The notes under the pieces: model-generated | The model's input: only the letters and a program-made list of their open reading frames with translations | What the model was told of the DNA's origin: nothing | The model's database searches: none | NCBI GenBank assembly: GCA_963785985.1 | Contig: CAWAXD010000024.1 | Coordinates: 68,885 to 132,884 of the forward strand | DNA length: 64,000 bases | DNA from: an uncultured delta proteobacterium | GTDB taxonomy: Bacteria > Myxococcota_A > UBA9160 > SMWR01 | Direction of reading: 5' to 3' | Program-made: the position numbers and the translations under genes | Shown: piece by piece, positions 47,905-57,539 of the stretch | Layout of the letters: every line of letters begins with the position of its first letter | How positions within the stretch are numbered: the stretch's first letter is position 1

Positions 47905-49086
47905 ATGAATACGGCTCAGACGCAGAGGGTGGGCTTGTCGGACTTCGAGCTGATCGAAAGCCGCAGCGATCTCGACGCGCTGGCGCAGGATCTCCTCGCC
48001 GAGAAGGTCCTCGCCTTCGATACCGAAGCGGACAGCTTCTACCACTACTTCGACAAGACCTGTCTCGTGCAGGTCGCGACGCCGCGCCAGATCTATCTGA
48101 TCGATCCGCTCGCGCTCGGCGGCCCCGAAGAGCTGTCGCCGCTCGGACCCGTGTTCGCATCGCCGAACATCCAGAAGATCTTCCACGCCGCCGAGTACGA
48201 CATCTACGTGCTCAAGCGCGACTGCTCCTTCCAGTTCGCGAACCTGTTCGACACGATGATCAGCGCCCAGCTGCTCGGTTACCCGTCGGTGGGACTCTCG
48301 AGCCTCACCGAGCGTCACTTCGGAGTGAAGCTCCCGAAGGACGAGCAGCGCTCGGACTGGTCGGCTCGCCCGCTCTCGAGCCGCCAGCAGAGCTATGCGG
48401 CGTCGGACGTGCTCCACCTGATGGCGCTCGCCGAGAACCTCGGCAAGGAGCTGCGCAAGGCGAAGCGCATGCGCTGGGCCGAAGAGGAGTTCCAGACGCT
48501 CACGCGCCGCGAGTGGCCGGGACGCCAGTTCGACGAGCACGGCTATCTGCGCATCAAGGGCGCTCGTCAGCTCGATCCCGAAGCGCTCTCGAATCTGCGC
48601 GCGCTCTACTTGATGCGAGACGCGCGCGCCCGCGAGATGGATCGCCCGCCGTTCAAGGTGATCGGCAACGGAACGCTGCTCGACATCGCAGAGCGCAAGC
48701 CGCGCAAGGCTTCCGACCTGCTCGAGATCAAGGGCATCACCGACCTGCTCGTGCGCCGGATCGGGCGCGAGATCATCGCCGCCGTCAAAGAGGGCGCCCG
48801 CGAGCACCACGGCCCGATCCCGAAGCTGGCTGGCAATGGCAGGCGGCGCATGGATCGCCAGGCCGAGCGCCGACTCGGGGCGCTCAAGCAGTGGCGCTCG
48901 AAGCGCGCGACCGAGCTCGCGCTCGACCCGGGGGTCCTGTGCCCCAACTCGGCGCTCGAGGCGATCGCCTGGCGCGCCCCGGAATCCGCGGCCGATCTCG
49001 AGTCGCTGAACGAGCTCAAGGGCTGGTTCGTGCGCGAGTTCGGCGCCGAAGTCACCGAAATCAGCCGCCGCTGCGAGACTGATTGA
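47905..49086 (+). CDS. rnd: ribonuclease D with HRDC domains
   Basis: DEDD exonuclease motifs LAFDTEAD, IFHAAEYD, YAASDVLHL. Two HRDC-like regions follow. ATG 47905 (GTG 47902 also possible). Confidence 0.9.
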   Translation: MNTAQTQRVGLSDFELIESRSDLDALAQDLLAEKVLAFDTEADSFYHYFDKTCLVQVATPRQIYLIDPLALGGPEELSPLGPVFASPNIQKIFHAAEYDIYVLKRDCSFQFANLFDTMISAQLLGYPSVGLSSLTERHFGVKLPKDEQRSDWSARPLSSRQQSYAASDVLHLMALAENLGKELRKAKRMRWAEEEFQTLTRREWPGRQFDEHGYLRIKGARQLDPEALSNLRALYLMRDARAREMDRPPFKVIGNGTLLDIAERKPRKASDLLEIKGITDLLVRRIGREIIAAVKEGAREHHGPIPKLAGNGRRRMDRQAERRLGALKQWRSKRATELALDPGVLCPNSALEAIAWRAPESAADLESLNELKGWFVREFGAEVTEISRRCETD

Positions 49087-49194
49087 CTTCGCTCGCCTTC
49101 GGCTCGCTGCGCGGCCGCTTCGCGGCCTTGCGGGGGCGGCGAAGTCCTGGAACCCGCAAGCGAAGCGCGCAGCGAGCCGAAGGCGAGCGAAGTC
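49085..49194. repeat. 110-bp palindromic element with perfect 29-nt arms plus nested stem
   Basis: GACTTCGCTCGCCTTCGGCTCGCTGCGCG (49085-49113) is the exact reverse complement of 49166-49194. Inner pairs are CTTCGC/GCGAAG and TTGCGGG/CCCGCAA. The element starts inside the rnd stop codon. Confidence 0.9.
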
Positions 49195-49195
49195 A

Positions 49196-49245
49196 CAAAA
49201 ACACGACCCCCCGGCGCGGAACTTCCGGCCGGGGGGTGTTTGATC
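49196..49245. terminator. intrinsic-terminator-like hairpin flanked by an A-run (left) and a weak T-run (right)
   Basis: caaaaacacga-CCCCCCGG-cgcggaacttccgg-CCGGGGGG-tgtttg. On the minus strand the stem is followed by GTGTTTTTG, which is a better U-tract than on the plus strand. Confidence 0.6.
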
Positions 49246-49570
49246 TGGTCCCGCGAACCTGCGAGAAGGCGGGGTGCCGTTCTTGGGGAAAAGCGCCTTT
49301 GAGACCTCGCTGCTCCGTGAGACTCGAATCGAACGGCCGTGCGCGCCCGCTAACGATCGCCCGATCCATCAGACCAGATTGCATCCACCGATAGAGCACG
49401 ATGCGTGCCAAAACGCATGCGCAGGCGCGGTCCCCACAAGCCATTGAAATCGAAGCAAGTTCGTCCTGAGCGCGGGCGCGGCACGGATGCAGCCGGCGTT
49501 GGCACTGCCGCCTGTGGCGGCGCACTGCTCGCCGCCCCGGGAGCGCTGCCGCGTGAGCTAAGATGCGCGC

Positions 49571-50866
49571 GTGTTCGCCGACCGGCGCAGAAGGTTCCTC
49601 GCAGCGATGGGGCCCGACGCGGTCGCCATCTTTCAGGGCGCCGGTCTCGCTACCCGCTCGCGCGACACCCAGTTCCCGTTCCGCCAGGACAGCGACTTCC
49701 TCTACCTCACGGGCTTCGACCACCCGAACGCGATCGCGGTGCTCCGCACCACCGGCGGACCCGCCTACACGCTCTACGTCGAGCCGCGGGATCGGGAGAT
49801 GGAGACCTGGAACGGCTACCGGCCGGGTGTCGACGGCGCGCTACGCGATCATGCGGCGGACGAAGCGCATCCGAACGACGCTTTCAGGGGTCACATCCCC
49901 GAGCTCCTGCGCAAGGCGCGCCGCATCTATCACGTGCTCGGCCGCGACGCGGCCGTCGATGCGCTGCTGATCGCGACGCTCGACGGCCTGCGCCTGCGCT
50001 CGCGTCAGGGACTCGACCCGGCCGACGCCATCGTGGATCCGCGCACGCTCGTGCACGGCATGCGCCTGTTCAAGGAGCCGGCGGAGCTCGACATCCTGCG
50101 CCGCGCCGCCGCGATCAGCGCCGAAGCGCACGCGGCCGCGGCGCGCCTCGCGCATCCGGGCGCATTCGAGTACGAGCTCGAAGCCGCGCTGCTGCACGCT
50201 TTTCGGCGTCGCGGCGCGAGCGGTCCCGCCTATACGCCGATCGTCGGCAGCGGCAGCAACGCCACGGTGCTGCACTACGTCCGCAATGATCAGAAGCTGG
50301 CGGACGGCGAGCTCGTGTTGATCGACGCCGGCTGCGAGCTCGAGAACTACGCCTCCGACGTGACACGCACCTATCCCGTCGGCGGTCGCTTCAGCGGCCC
50401 GGGGCGCGCGCTCTACGAGGTCGTGCTCGCGTCCCAGACGGCGGCGCTCGAGCACTGCCGCCCGGGCGCGACGCTGCCCGAGATCCACGACATCAGCGTG
50501 CGCAAGCTCGTCGAGGGCCTGCTCGCTCTCGGCCTGCTGCAAGGCGACGCGGCGGAGCTGATCGCGCGCGAGGCGTACCGCGCTTATTACATGCACTCGA
50601 CCAGCCATTGGCTCGGTCTCGACGTGCACGACGTGGGCAGCTACCGCGTCGACGGAGAGCCGCGCCGGCTCGAGCCGGGACAGGTCTTCACCGTCGAGCC
50701 GGGGCTCTACGTCCCGAAGGACGACGAGAAGGGCGATCCGCGCTTCCGCGGCATCGGCGTCCGCATTGAAGACGACGTCGTGATCACGGAAACCGGACAC
50801 GAGAACCTGACCGCGGCGATCCCCAAGGCGACCGACGACCTCGAGGCCCTGATCACCGAGCGTTAG
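49571..50866 (+). CDS. pepP: Xaa-Pro aminopeptidase
   Basis: 431 aa: [66 protein letters not shown] start. Confidence 0.92.
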   Translation: MFADRRRRFLAAMGPDAVAIFQGAGLATRSRDTQFPFRQDSDFLYLTGFDHPNAIAVLRTTGGPAYTLYVEPRDREMETWNGYRPGVDGALRDHAADEAHPNDAFRGHIPELLRKARRIYHVLGRDAAVDALLIATLDGLRLRSRQGLDPADAIVDPRTLVHGMRLFKEPAELDILRRAAAISAEAHAAAARLAHPGAFEYELEAALLHAFRRRGASGPAYTPIVGSGSNATVLHYVRNDQKLADGELVLIDAGCELENYASDVTRTYPVGGRFSGPGRALYEVVLASQTAALEHCRPGATLPEIHDISVRKLVEGLLALGLLQGDAAELIAREAYRAYYMHSTSHWLGLDVHDVGSYRVDGEPRRLEPGQVFTVEPGLYVPKDDEKGDPRFRGIGVRIEDDVVITETGHENLTAAIPKATDDLEALITER

Positions 50867-50900
50867 CCGGCGATCGCGCGCGGCCCCACACCGGAGAGTC

Positions 50901-52859
50901 ATGCCCGACATCGAATCACTGCTGAAGGAGAAGCGCGTCTTCGCGCCGAGCGGCAGCTTCGCGAAGCAGGCGAACTGGTCGAAGAAGACCGTGAACGCCC
51001 ACCGCAAGCTCGGCGCGCGCGATCCGGAGCGCTTCTGGGCGAAGATGGCGAAGGAGCACGTCAGCTGGTTCGCGCCGTGGAAGAAGGTGCTGGATTGGAA
51101 GCCGCCCCACGCCCGCTGGTTCGTCGGAGGCAAGCTCAACGTCTCCTACAACTGCCTCGACCGGCACCTCACGGGCAAACACGCCTGGCGCCGCAACAAG
51201 GCTGCGATCCTGTGGGAGGGCGAGCCCGGCGACACGCGCGTGCTCACCTACGGCGAGCTGCACCGCGAGGTCTGCCGCTTCGCGAACGTGCTCAAGGCGA
51301 GCGGCGTCGCGAAGGGCGACCGCGTCGCGATCTACATGCCGATGATTCCCGAGCTCGCGATCGCAATCCTGGCGTGCGCGCGGATCGGCGCGCCCCACAG
51401 CGTGGTCTTCGGCGGCTTCTCCGCCGAAGCGCTGCGCGACCGCATCAATGACGCCGGCGCGAAGCTGGTCGTCACGGCCGACGGCGGCTACCGGCGCGGC
51501 GCAGCGAACGCGCTAAAGCCCGCCGTCGACGAAGCCCTCGAAGGCGCGCCGTGCGTGGAGAAGGTGATCTGCGTGCGGCGCACGGGCGCGGACGTCGCGA
51601 TGCGCGAGGGGCGCGACGTCTGGTGGCACGACGCGATGCAGGACGCGAGCGCCGACTGCCCTCCCGAGAAGCTCGATTCCGAGCACCCGCTCTTCATCCT
51701 CTACACCAGCGGAACCACCGGCAAGCCCAAGGGCGTGCTGCACACGACCGGCGGCTATCTCACGCACGTCGCGACGACGGCGAAGGCGATCTTCGATCTG
51801 AAGGACGAAGACACCTATTGGTGCACGGCGGATCTCGGCTGGGTCACCGGTCATTCCTACGTGGTGTATGGGATCCTCGCGAATGGCGCGACCACGCTGA
51901 TGTACGAAGGCGTGCCGACGCATCCTCGCCCCGACCGCTTCTGGGAGATGATCGAACGGCACCGTGTGAGCATCTTCTACACCGCGCCGACGGCGATCCG
52001 CACCTTCATCCGCCTGGGCGATGAGCACCCGAAGAGACACGATCTCTCGTCGCTGCGTCTGCTCGGCACCGTGGGCGAGCCGATCAACCCCGAAGCTTGG
52101 ATGTGGTATCACCGCGTGATCGGAGGCAAGCGCTGCCCGATCGTCGATACCTGGTGGCAGACGGAAACCGGCGGGATCATGATCACGCCGCTTCCCGCCA
52201 GCGTTCCGACCAAGCCAGGCTCGGCAACGCTCCCGTTCCCAGGGATCGACGCCGCCATCTACACCGACGATGGCAAGAGCGCCGCGCGCGCCCACGGCGG
52301 CTTCCTGGTGATACGCCGCCCGTGGCCGGGCATGCTGCGCGGCATCTGGGCCGACCCCGAGCGCTACGCGCAGCAGTATTGGAGCCGATTCGAGGACACC
52401 TACTTCGCAGGAGACGGCGCGCATCGGGACAAGGACGGCTACTTCTGGATCATGGGACGCATCGACGACGTGATGAACGTCTCCGGCCACCGCATCGGCT
52501 CGATGGAGGTCGAGAGCGCGCTCGTGGCCCACGTGCAGGTCGCGGAGGCCGCGGTCGTCGGCCGGCCCGACGATCTCACCGGAACGGCCATCGTCGCTTT
52601 CGTCACCCCGAAGCGCGGCACGCCCATCGGGCGCGCGTTCGCGGAGGACCTACGCAAACACGTGGTGCACCAGATCGGCGGCATCGCGAAGCCCGCGGAC
52701 ATCCGCTTCACCGACGCGCTGCCCAAGACCCGCTCGGGCAAGATCATGCGCCGCTTGTTGCGCGACATCGCGTCGGGCAGCAAGACCGTGGGCGATACGA
52801 CCACGCTCGAGGATTTCAGCGTGATCGCGAAGCTTCAGGAGCAGAGAGAGGAAGTTTGA
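50901..52859 (+). CDS. acs: acetyl-CoA synthetase
   Basis: 652 aa: [36 protein letters not shown], and C-terminal [14 protein letters not shown]. Confidence 0.95.
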   Translation: MPDIESLLKEKRVFAPSGSFAKQANWSKKTVNAHRKLGARDPERFWAKMAKEHVSWFAPWKKVLDWKPPHARWFVGGKLNVSYNCLDRHLTGKHAWRRNKAAILWEGEPGDTRVLTYGELHREVCRFANVLKASGVAKGDRVAIYMPMIPELAIAILACARIGAPHSVVFGGFSAEALRDRINDAGAKLVVTADGGYRRGAANALKPAVDEALEGAPCVEKVICVRRTGADVAMREGRDVWWHDAMQDASADCPPEKLDSEHPLFILYTSGTTGKPKGVLHTTGGYLTHVATTAKAIFDLKDEDTYWCTADLGWVTGHSYVVYGILANGATTLMYEGVPTHPRPDRFWEMIERHRVSIFYTAPTAIRTFIRLGDEHPKRHDLSSLRLLGTVGEPINPEAWMWYHRVIGGKRCPIVDTWWQTETGGIMITPLPASVPTKPGSATLPFPGIDAAIYTDDGKSAARAHGGFLVIRRPWPGMLRGIWADPERYAQQYWSRFEDTYFAGDGAHRDKDGYFWIMGRIDDVMNVSGHRIGSMEVESALVAHVQVAEAAVVGRPDDLTGTAIVAFVTPKRGTPIGRAFAEDLRKHVVHQIGGIAKPADIRFTDALPKTRSGKIMRRLLRDIASGSKTVGDTTTLEDFSVIAKLQEQREEV

Positions 52860-52868
52860 AGCGCGGGA

Positions 52869-52896
52869 GCGTCCGGCCTGTTGCCAGGCCGGACGC
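52869..52896. terminator. perfect 12-bp hairpin between convergent acs and the porin-like gene
   Basis: GCGTCCGGCCTG-ttgc-CAGGCCGGACGC. The U-tract is weak. Confidence 0.55.
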
Positions 52897-52916
52897 CGTT
52901 CCATCGCGCTAGCGGA

Positions 52917-53495
52917 TCAGAAGCGGTACTGCAGCGCGCCGCCGACCGTGATCCGCTCCAGACTCTTGCTGTCGCCCTGGGGCAGGAGGTACGCCGCATC
53001 CGTGGTGACGATGAAGTGCTCGGTCAGGAACCAATCGATTCCGGCACCGAAGCGTCCTGCCCAGACGTTGGCCTTGTGATCCGTGGGAGGCGCCCCATCG
53101 ATGTTCGCCCACTGATAGCCTCCGCCCGCGAGCGCATACGGCTGGATGAAGCCCGTCAAGCGTCCGAGCGGATACACCTTCGCGTTCAGCCAGCCCGACC
53201 AGATGTACGTCTTCTTCCCCGCAAATTGGCCGGATTTCCCGGAGTAGTCCCGCTCGTGCACACCCTCGCCCTCGACCGCGAAGTAGTCGAGGAATCGATA
53301 GCCCACGCGCGCGTTGACGTCCCAGCCGTTTCCCGAGCCGCCGTTGGGGAATTCCTCGAAGTCGTAGGCGCCCCCGACGCCTGCGTAGAATCCGTTGTAC
53401 TCGCAGCAATCGGGCGTCGTGTCCTGGGCCCGTGCTTCCGGCACCGCGAGCCAGGCGAGCGAAAGGGCGAGCACGGCCGTGAGCTTCCAAAGCAT
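52917..53495 (-). CDS. small outer-membrane beta-barrel (OmpW/OmpA-N-like) protein
   Basis: ATG 53495 after GGAGGA, inside ORF 52917..53576. Signal peptide MLWKLTAVLALSLAWLAVPEARA, alternating strands, and C-terminal GGALQYRF. Confidence 0.75.
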   Translation of the reverse strand: MLWKLTAVLALSLAWLAVPEARAQDTTPDCCEYNGFYAGVGGAYDFEEFPNGGSGNGWDVNARVGYRFLDYFAVEGEGVHERDYSGKSGQFAGKKTYIWSGWLNAKVYPLGRLTGFIQPYALAGGGYQWANIDGAPPTDHKANVWAGRFGAGIDWFLTEHFIVTTDAAYLLPQGDSKSLERITVGGALQYRF

Positions 53496-53547
53496 CGATC
53501 GATCCTCCAAGCCCGGCCGGGGAACCCGGGGGGCAGTTGACGGAAGG

Positions 53548-53576
53548 GGTATAGGCTTGCCCAATGAGGCCGTCAA
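53548..53576 (-). promoter_or_regulatory. sigma70-like promoter of the first beta-barrel gene
   Basis: On the minus strand: TTGACG (53576-53571)-N17-TATACC (53553-48), then CCCTTC. This lies about 50 nt upstream of the start codon. Confidence 0.45.
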
Positions 53577-53652
53577 GTGGAAATGGAGGCCCAGCGAAAC
53601 GTGCTGTGACGAGCCCCTGGAAGCCGTTTCGCGCCGAAAGACCCCAATCGGG

Positions 53653-54303
53653 TCAGGGTCCGAAACGGTATTGCAGGGCCCCGACGATCTGGACCTGCTT
53701 CAGGTCATCGATTCTCCCGGTGGGAAGCACCCACGCGCTCTCGGCCGTCACCACGATGTTCTTCGTGATGTAGAGGTCGATGCCGCCGCCGAAGCGCGAC
53801 ACGAAGTCGCCGTGTTCTTCCACGCCCGAGACGTTCCTACCCGATACGCGTTCCCACCACCAGCCGACACCGGTCATCAGATAGGGCTGGAAGCGACCGG
53901 TCCACGGCGCCGTCGGATACCCCTTGAAGTTCGCCCAGACGCCGAAGGTCTGCGTGTCGACGCCCTTGAACTCGCCCGAGTGGCCGTTGAACTCGGGCGT
54001 GAACTCGAGCTCCGGCTCGATCGCCGCGAAGCGCAGGAAGCGGTAGCCCGCGCGGATCTGCGCGATGCCGCTGTTGCTCGCCGACCCATTGTTGAATTGC
54101 TCGAGAGCGCCGCCGCCACCGATGCCGGTGTACCAGCCGTCGCGGTCGTAGCCAGCGGCGTCAGCGTCGCCCGCGTCGTCGGAGTCCGCGGCCTCGTCGC
54201 TCGCCTGCTTGGCGCCGTCGTCGTCGGGCGGCTTCGCTCGCGCGTGGGGGCTCACGAGCCAGACGAGCGCGAAGACGAGCACGGCCGAGAGCTTGCGCAG
54301 CAT
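53653..54303 (-). CDS. small outer-membrane beta-barrel protein, paralog of 52917..53495, with acidic linker
   Basis: 216 aa. Signal peptide MLRKLSAVLVFALVWLVSPHARA, Asp-rich stretch PPDDDGAKQASDEAADSDDAGDADAAGYDRDG, and C-terminal GALQYRFGP. Confidence 0.75.
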   Translation of the reverse strand: MLRKLSAVLVFALVWLVSPHARAKPPDDDGAKQASDEAADSDDAGDADAAGYDRDGWYTGIGGGGALEQFNNGSASNSGIAQIRAGYRFLRFAAIEPELEFTPEFNGHSGEFKGVDTQTFGVWANFKGYPTAPWTGRFQPYLMTGVGWWWERVSGRNVSGVEEHGDFVSRFGGGIDLYITKNIVVTAESAWVLPTGRIDDLKQVQIVGALQYRFGP

Positions 54304-54355
54304 GGATCCAACCTCCTGGCCTGCCCGCGCTGCCGCGGAACGTCGACCAGAAGGG

Positions 54356-54385
54356 GCTATACGCTCGCGCGCGCCGGAGCGTCAA
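54356..54385 (-). promoter_or_regulatory. sigma70-like promoter of the second beta-barrel gene (inside the 3' end of the upstream gene)
   Basis: On the minus strand: TTGACG (54385-54380)-N18-TATAGC (54361-56), then CCCTTC. It has the same architecture as the promoter at 53548-53576. Confidence 0.4.
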
Positions 54386-54992
54386 GCGGAAACTGGAGGG
54401 CCGCCGGATTGCTGCTTTGGCGTCCGATCGACCAGGCGCCGTCCGCCGCGCGCGAGAAGCCGACGACCTCGGCGAGGCCCGGCGTGGCATCCGTGAGCGG
54501 GTGCCCGAGCAGCTGCTCGCCGATCGCGCGGATCACGCCGCGATGCACGACCACGAGCGCTGCATCGGCGCCGCTCGCCTGCAAGCGCTCGAGCCCGCGC
54601 AACACGCGGGCCCGGAATTCCGCGCGCGCCTCGCCGCCGGGGTACTCGAAGCCCGCGGACTTTTTCTGCCAATCGCTGAAGAGGACGGGGTTCGAGGCTT
54701 CGATCTCGCTCTTCGTCATGCCTTCCCAGCGGCCGAAGTGGATCTCGCGGAAGTCGTGCTCGAGGCGGATCGGCGCGCCGCCGGCGACGATCTGCGCGGC
54801 TTCCCAGGAACGCCGCATGGGGCTCGCGACCACGAGCTCGAAGACTTCCGTTCGCAGCGACGCCGCCGCGCACTTCATCTGCGCGCGCCCGGCCTCCGAG
54901 AGCGCGAGATCCGCACTGCCGTGCAGGCGCTCGTGCGAATTGCCGACCGTCTCTCCATGGCGGATCAGCACGATGCGGCGAAGCGGTGACAT
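54357..54992 (-). CDS. histidine phosphatase (phosphoglycerate-mutase-like) family protein
   Basis: 211 aa: VLIRHGETVGN (RHG motif), HFGRWEG, VVVHRGVIRA. Confidence 0.88.
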   Translation of the reverse strand: MSPLRRIVLIRHGETVGNSHERLHGSADLALSEAGRAQMKCAAASLRTEVFELVVASPMRRSWEAAQIVAGGAPIRLEHDFREIHFGRWEGMTKSEIEASNPVLFSDWQKKSAGFEYPGGEARAEFRARVLRGLERLQASGADAALVVVHRGVIRAIGEQLLGHPLTDATPGLAEVVGFSRAADGAWSIGRQSSNPAALQFPLDAPARASV

Positions 54993-55095
54993 GGCGGCTC
55001 CCGGTCGTCTGCGTGGGGATCGCGAGGATCGCGTCCCGGAAACACTCCGTCAATTCGCACGCTAGACTGCGCGCGTCCATGAATCGGGGGGTGGG

Positions 55096-56448
55096 GTGAG
55101 CGCACGCGGCTGGTTGGGCGTCTTGTTCTTGCTGGTCGCGGTGGGCGGCGGGGGACTGGCCTTCTTCCGCGCCGAGGGCACACCGCCGGTGGTGGTCGCG
55201 CCAACGTCGCTCAGCATCGGAAAGGCCGGCCTCGACGTCGAGATCGCTGCGTCCGACGCGGGCTCGGGAATCCGCGAGCTGAGCGCGGTGCTCTCGCACG
55301 CGGGCGGCGATCAGGAAGTCGCTCTCCAGCTCTATCCCGGCAGCTGGCTGCGCGGCGGTGAAGCCGGCACGGACCGCAGCCTGAGCCTGCACCTCGATCC
55401 CAAGCAGCTCGGCGCGGTCGAGGGCAGCGGCTTCCTGCGCATCACGGCGCGCGATTGGTCGTGGCGCGGCGCCTTCTCCGGCAATCAGACCCGGCTCGAA
55501 GTTCCGGTGACGATCGATCTCTCGCCGCCGCGCGTGTCGGTCGCGAGCGGCCTCACCTACGTCGGTCGCGGCGGCTCGGGCGCGGTGGTGTATTCGGTTT
55601 CCGAGCCCACCGCGCGCGATGGCGTGCAGGTCGCCGATCGCTTCTATCGCGGCGTGCCGCTCCCGGGCGCCTCGGACCCGCATGCGCGCATCGCCATCTT
55701 CGCGGTCGCGACCGACGCGCCGCCCGCGCCTCCGATTCGCGTGATCGCGGAAGACGCTGCGGGCAACACCGGCTCGGCGAGCTGGTCGGTGGTCCTGAAG
55801 GAGCGCGCGTTCCAGCGCGCGAACATCACGCTGCCGCCGAGCTTCCTGATCTCGAAGGTGCCGGAGCTCGCGGAGCAGGAGAAGATCGCGGGCGCGACGC
55901 CGATCGAAACCTTCCAGACGATCAACTCGAAGCTGCGCGCCCAAAACGAGGCGCGCATCCGCGAGCTGGTGGCGGGCGGCAGCCCGGAGAAGCGCTGGCA
56001 GGGCGCCTTCGCACAGCTCGACAACTCGAAGGTGACCAGCGTGTTCGCCGAGCGCCGCAGCTACTTCGTCGACGGCACGCAGGTGTCCGAAGCGACGCAC
56101 TACGGCTACGACCTCGCCGCCACCGCGAATACCCCGATCACCGCCAGCAACACCGGCCGCGTCCTCTACGCGGCGCCGCTCGGGATCTACGGCAACTGCG
56201 TCCTGATCGACCACGGCATGGGCATCACCTCGCTCTACGGCCACCTGTCGCGCATCGACGTACACGAGGGTGACTCCGTGACGAAGGGCCAGACGCTCGG
56301 GCTGTCGGGCCAGACGGGGCTCGCCGGGGGCGATCATCTGCATTTTGCGATCCTCGTCGGCGACACCTACGTCGACCCCGTCGAGTGGTGGGATCCGAAA
56401 TGGGTGGCGACGCACGTCGAAGCGCAGCTCGCTCCGCCCGCGTCCTAG
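55096..56448 (+). CDS. M23-family metallopeptidase with N-terminal anchor
   Basis: 450 aa. TM at the N-terminus. HYGYDLAA, GNCVLIDHGMGITSLYGHLS, GDHLHFAI. Confidence 0.9.
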   Translation: MSARGWLGVLFLLVAVGGGGLAFFRAEGTPPVVVAPTSLSIGKAGLDVEIAASDAGSGIRELSAVLSHAGGDQEVALQLYPGSWLRGGEAGTDRSLSLHLDPKQLGAVEGSGFLRITARDWSWRGAFSGNQTRLEVPVTIDLSPPRVSVASGLTYVGRGGSGAVVYSVSEPTARDGVQVADRFYRGVPLPGASDPHARIAIFAVATDAPPAPPIRVIAEDAAGNTGSASWSVVLKERAFQRANITLPPSFLISKVPELAEQEKIAGATPIETFQTINSKLRAQNEARIRELVAGGSPEKRWQGAFAQLDNSKVTSVFAERRSYFVDGTQVSEATHYGYDLAATANTPITASNTGRVLYAAPLGIYGNCVLIDHGMGITSLYGHLSRIDVHEGDSVTKGQTLGLSGQTGLAGGDHLHFAILVGDTYVDPVEWWDPKWVATHVEAQLAPPAS

Positions 56449-56471
56449 CCGGCGCGCGCGGCGGCCCGGCG

Positions 56472-57539
56472 GTGAAGACCACCCGCCAGCTCCTGCTCGC
56501 CTGGTACCGAGCGAACCGCCGCGATCTGCCCTGGCGCCGTAACCGCGATCCGTACGCGGTGTGGATCTCCGAGGCGATGCTCCAGCAGACGCGCGTCGAG
56601 ACGGTGATCCCATACTGGAAGCGCTTCCTCGCGCTGTTTCCGGACATCCCCCGGCTCGCCGCGGCCGACCCGGACGCGGTGCTCGGCGCGTGGGCGGGCC
56701 TCGGCTACTACTCGCGCGCGCGCAATCTGCAGCGCGCCGCGCAGCGGGTGGTCGCAGAGCACGCCGGGCGGCTGCCCGACACTGTGGAGGGTCTGCGGGC
56801 GCTTCCGGGCATCGGCCGCTACACGGCGGGCGCCGTGGCCTCGATCGCGTTCGACCGACCCGAACCCGTGGTCGACGGCAACGTCGCGCGCGTGCTCGTG
56901 CGCCTGCACGGGATCCGCGAGAACCCGAAGGCGCCGGCCGTCGCGGCGCGACTCTGGGAGCTGGCTGCGGACCTCGCGCGCGGCCCGAGCCCCGGCGATC
57001 TGAACCAGGCGTTGATGGAGCTCGGCGCGCTCGTCTGCACGCCGCGCGCGCCGCGCTGCCCGGCCTGTCCCCTGCGCCGCCGCTGCGCCGCCCGCCGGGA
57101 CGGCGATGCCGAGGCGTTGCCGGTGCGCGTGCGCAAGCCGGCGCCGCGTGCGGTCGAGGCCGTGGCCGCCCTGATCCTGCGTCGCGGCCGTGTGCTCGCG
57201 GTGCGGCGCCCACCGCGGGGGCTGCTCGGCGGGCTGTGGGAGCTGCCCGGCGGCGAGCTCGCGCCGCGCGAGCGCCCGGAAGCAGGTCTGCGCCGGGCGC
57301 TGCGCGAGCGCACCGGCCTCGCCGTCGCAAACGCTTCGCTTCGCGGCGAGGTCGAGCACGCATTCACGCACCGGAGCCTGCGGCTCCACGTCTTTCGTTG
57401 CGACACGCCGGTGGGTCGGGTGCGGCTCGCCGAATTCGACGCCCACCGCTGGGTCGCTCCACGCGCGCTGCGCGAGCTCCCACAGGCCAGCGTCACCCGC
57501 AAGGTGCTCGCGCTCGCGCTATCTTCGCGGCCCGTATGA
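56472..57539 (+). CDS. mutY: A/G-specific adenine DNA glycosylase
   Basis: GTG 56472 inside ORF 56385..57539. [22 protein letters not shown], Hh[13 protein letters not shown], Fe-S loop [17 protein letters not shown], and a NUDIX-like C-terminus. Confidence 0.9.
   Translation: MKTTRQLLLAWYRANRRDLPWRRNRDPYAVWISEAMLQQTRVETVIPYWKRFLALFPDIPRLAAADPDAVLGAWAGLGYYSRARNLQRAAQRVVAEHAGRLPDTVEGLRALPGIGRYTAGAVASIAFDRPEPVVDGNVARVLVRLHGIRENPKAPAVAARLWELAADLARGPSPGDLNQALMELGALVCTPRAPRCPACPLRRRCAARRDGDAEALPVRVRKPAPRAVEAVAALILRRGRVLAVRRPPRGLLGGLWELPGGELAPRERPEAGLRRALRERTGLAVANASLRGEVEHAFTHRSLRLHVFRCDTPVGRVRLAEFDAHRWVAPRALRELPQASVTRKVLALALSSRPV

Noticed and set aside
49271-49390. tRNA/tmRNA-like ends: 5' GGGTGC pairing with 3' GCATCC (including a G-U at the third pair), followed by ACC.
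   Set aside because: No T-arm (GTTCRANNC flanked by a 5-bp stem) precedes the 3' strand, and there is no D-arm or tag-ORF region. The length of about 120 nt fits neither a tRNA nor a tmRNA. I treat it as a chance resemblance.
48606-49394. Twin ORFs on opposite strands, both beginning MTSLAFGSLR (49083..49394 + and 48606..49196 -).
   Set aside because: The identical N-termini are a direct consequence of the perfect 29-nt inverted repeat. Neither ORF has coding-like composition beyond it.
49193-49723. A minus-strand ORF of 176 aa (inner ATG gives 83 aa) as a possible small protein in the rnd-pepP spacer.
   Set aside because: Its third-position GC bias is much weaker than in neighbouring genes. 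It runs through the terminator hairpin and overlaps the pepP start, and there is no ribosome-binding site.
54382-57363. A 993-aa minus-strand ORF.
   Set aside because: It is antisense to the M23 peptidase and mutY genes and has extreme Arg/Ala/Pro composition. It is a shadow frame. The same verdict applies to 58434..61178 (-), the first 780 codons of 58808..62317 (+), 35693..38209 upstream of ATG 36670, and 32970..34583.
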